DNA of 64,000 nucleotides from Xylographa opegraphella (Eukaryota): NCBI GenBank assembly GCA_022813865.1, contig JALDZX010000028.1, positions 1 to 64,000 of the forward strand, read 5' to 3'. Shown piece by piece: positions 62,502 to 64,000 of this stretch (position 1 is its first letter; each line of letters starts with the position of its first letter). The notes under the pieces were generated by a model. It saw only the letters and a program-made list of their open reading frames with translations, ran no database searches and was not told where the DNA came from. The position numbers and the translations under genes were made by a program.

Positions 62502-63641
62502 ACTTCAGGGAGTTTCTACGTAGGGCGATGGACTTGGGTATGAAGGGTTCACGGAGAATTGGTGTTGGGCAATATTCAGCGAAGATATACTATTTGCCTT
62601 TGTACAGCCTGGGGGTTTGCAGAAGTACGAAGCATAATCCAGTGTCGTTTGGCACTATTGCCGCTACTTTGCTTAGGGCTTTTCTACAAAGCTTCTGCAT
62701 ACGCATTCATGTGTGTTCACAACCAATCCTGTTCCGCTACCTCTCAGCGTGGACTGAGCATAGTCGGCTTCTCCTCTGCTCCGTCTCTTCGCTCGCGTCT
62801 GAGTTTTGCTGCGTGAACGAACGTGTTTTGGTGGCGAGCAAGGACGCGTCCAATGGCGGCCAATCAGCAACCAGTAACGCCACCTTGCATGCTGGTCGCT
62901 GACACGTACCGTTTCACGAAACAAGGCAAGGCAGCTATCCGGCCGCCTATCGTGTGTCGGAGCGGGCGCGGGCGACGGTGGTGGAAAAGATCGTCATCGG
63001 GCCTTTTGCTGCGTTGGAGCCAACTCCCCCGCTAAAGCCAAAAACTCGGAGCCGCCCAGACTTATCCTTCCCCCGCCTAAAGTATCCGTCTAACTGCTAA
63101 ACCTCCTACTCCGTACCTTCCATCTTCCCACCTTGCTCAATAACTCAACCCAACTTCCTCACCACTTCGTCGCATCAGCATACTTGCTTCCGCTATCCCA
63201 GCATTGCTTTTCTTATCGCTGAGCTCGCTTTCACTTCAGCTGCGCCACCAGAAATTGCTTAAGCAAGGGCATACTTCAGCCCTGTCGACCCTTGCTTCCG
63301 ACCGCAATTGGCTTTTGCTAAGTACCACGGTTCCTCAACACCATCCAACTCCCTTCCAGCTCAACGGCTTGCGAATTCAATCATCTCACCGGTGATCCGA
63401 ACGTTGAGCTTAAGCTACAGTCTCTCCTCCGCTGAGAGTTGTTGATAGCTATCAAGATAGTGATCGTGGTACACCCCAATTTGAGTCAAGCGAATGCAAT
63501 CTCAGCATTAGCCTCGTCCCCACTATCGACTCTTTCACCACCCCATTTCCATTGGGATCGAGCCCAAAGCTCGGATGCACGCGTCATATCAGTAGCAGTA
63601 TCTGTTCGAGTCGCGACAAATATCCTCGGCGACGGTTTGCA

Positions 63642-64000
63642 ATGGCGTCGACGCGTCAGACACTGCCGCTGGACATGTTCCAGGATTCAAGTTGCACTTA
63701 TCCTGACCCTGCGCATGCTCACAACACATTCGATCTATACGAACAGCATTCATCGCCATTGGATACCTTACCTATTCTGCCATTTGCCGAAGACCTGTCC
63801 TTCGGCTCACTATCCCAGCAAAGTGGCCGTTCTCCGACGAAACAATGTCACCCCTCAAGCTCTCCTCCTCGGGTCGTCTTCGGAGACAAGACCAACGTTA
63901 CCTTTCCACCACCTTCCACCTCAATATTCGTCACAGACTCACCGAGGAAGAAGCCCACGTCTTCAACCTACCAGCCTATTGCTCCACAGAAGCCTGCAAA
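63642..64000 (+). CDS. 5' part of a protein running off the window, probably a Sep1/Hcm1-like forkhead transcription factor
   Basis: Frame open from MASTRQTLPLDMFQD to the window end and S/P-rich; the N-terminus resembles those of fungal Sep1-like forkhead proteins, but the forkhead domain itself is not visible. Confidence 0.5.
   Translation, partial: MASTRQTLPLDMFQDSSCTYPDPAHAHNTFDLYEQHSSPLDTLPILPFAEDLSFGSLSQQSGRSPTKQCHPSSSPPRVVFGDKTNVTFPPPSTSIFVTDSPRKKPTSSTYQPIAPQKPA

Noticed and set aside
1..64000. tRNA/rRNA genes and a secondary-metabolite cluster
   Set aside because: No cloverleaf or rRNA signature was spotted by eye. No PKS, NRPS or terpene synthase lies near the methyltransferase or SDR.

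Overview
Intron-containing genomic DNA of a filamentous ascomycete (GT..CTRAC..YAG introns). The left ~18 kb is a patchy accessory-like zone. It holds inverted LTR-like ends next to an assembly gap, a LaeA/TAM-type methyltransferase, a HET-domain gene, an SDR, a PQ-loop gene, two paralogous orphan micro-ORFs, a MITE and tandem repeats. The middle is a block of housekeeping genes: SEC8, ARG7, SEC61, an importin-beta, FUN14, SNZ1/PDX1, aminopeptidase P, ORC2, RVS161, a HAL4/SAT4-type kinase and a CaMKK. The block also contains one reconstructable pseudogene. The most unusual locus is 52076-57912, a ~1860-aa multi-exon gene with no signal peptide. It carries an intein-like Hint domain with a non-splicing C-terminus (HLN|Y) and a duplicated hydrophobic hairpin module, an architecture reminiscent of self-cleaving pore-forming or polymorphic toxins. 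A +1 frame break interrupts it. A PH+LRR gene and the 5' end of a probable forkhead gene close the window. All calls come from reading the sequence; no database searches were run.
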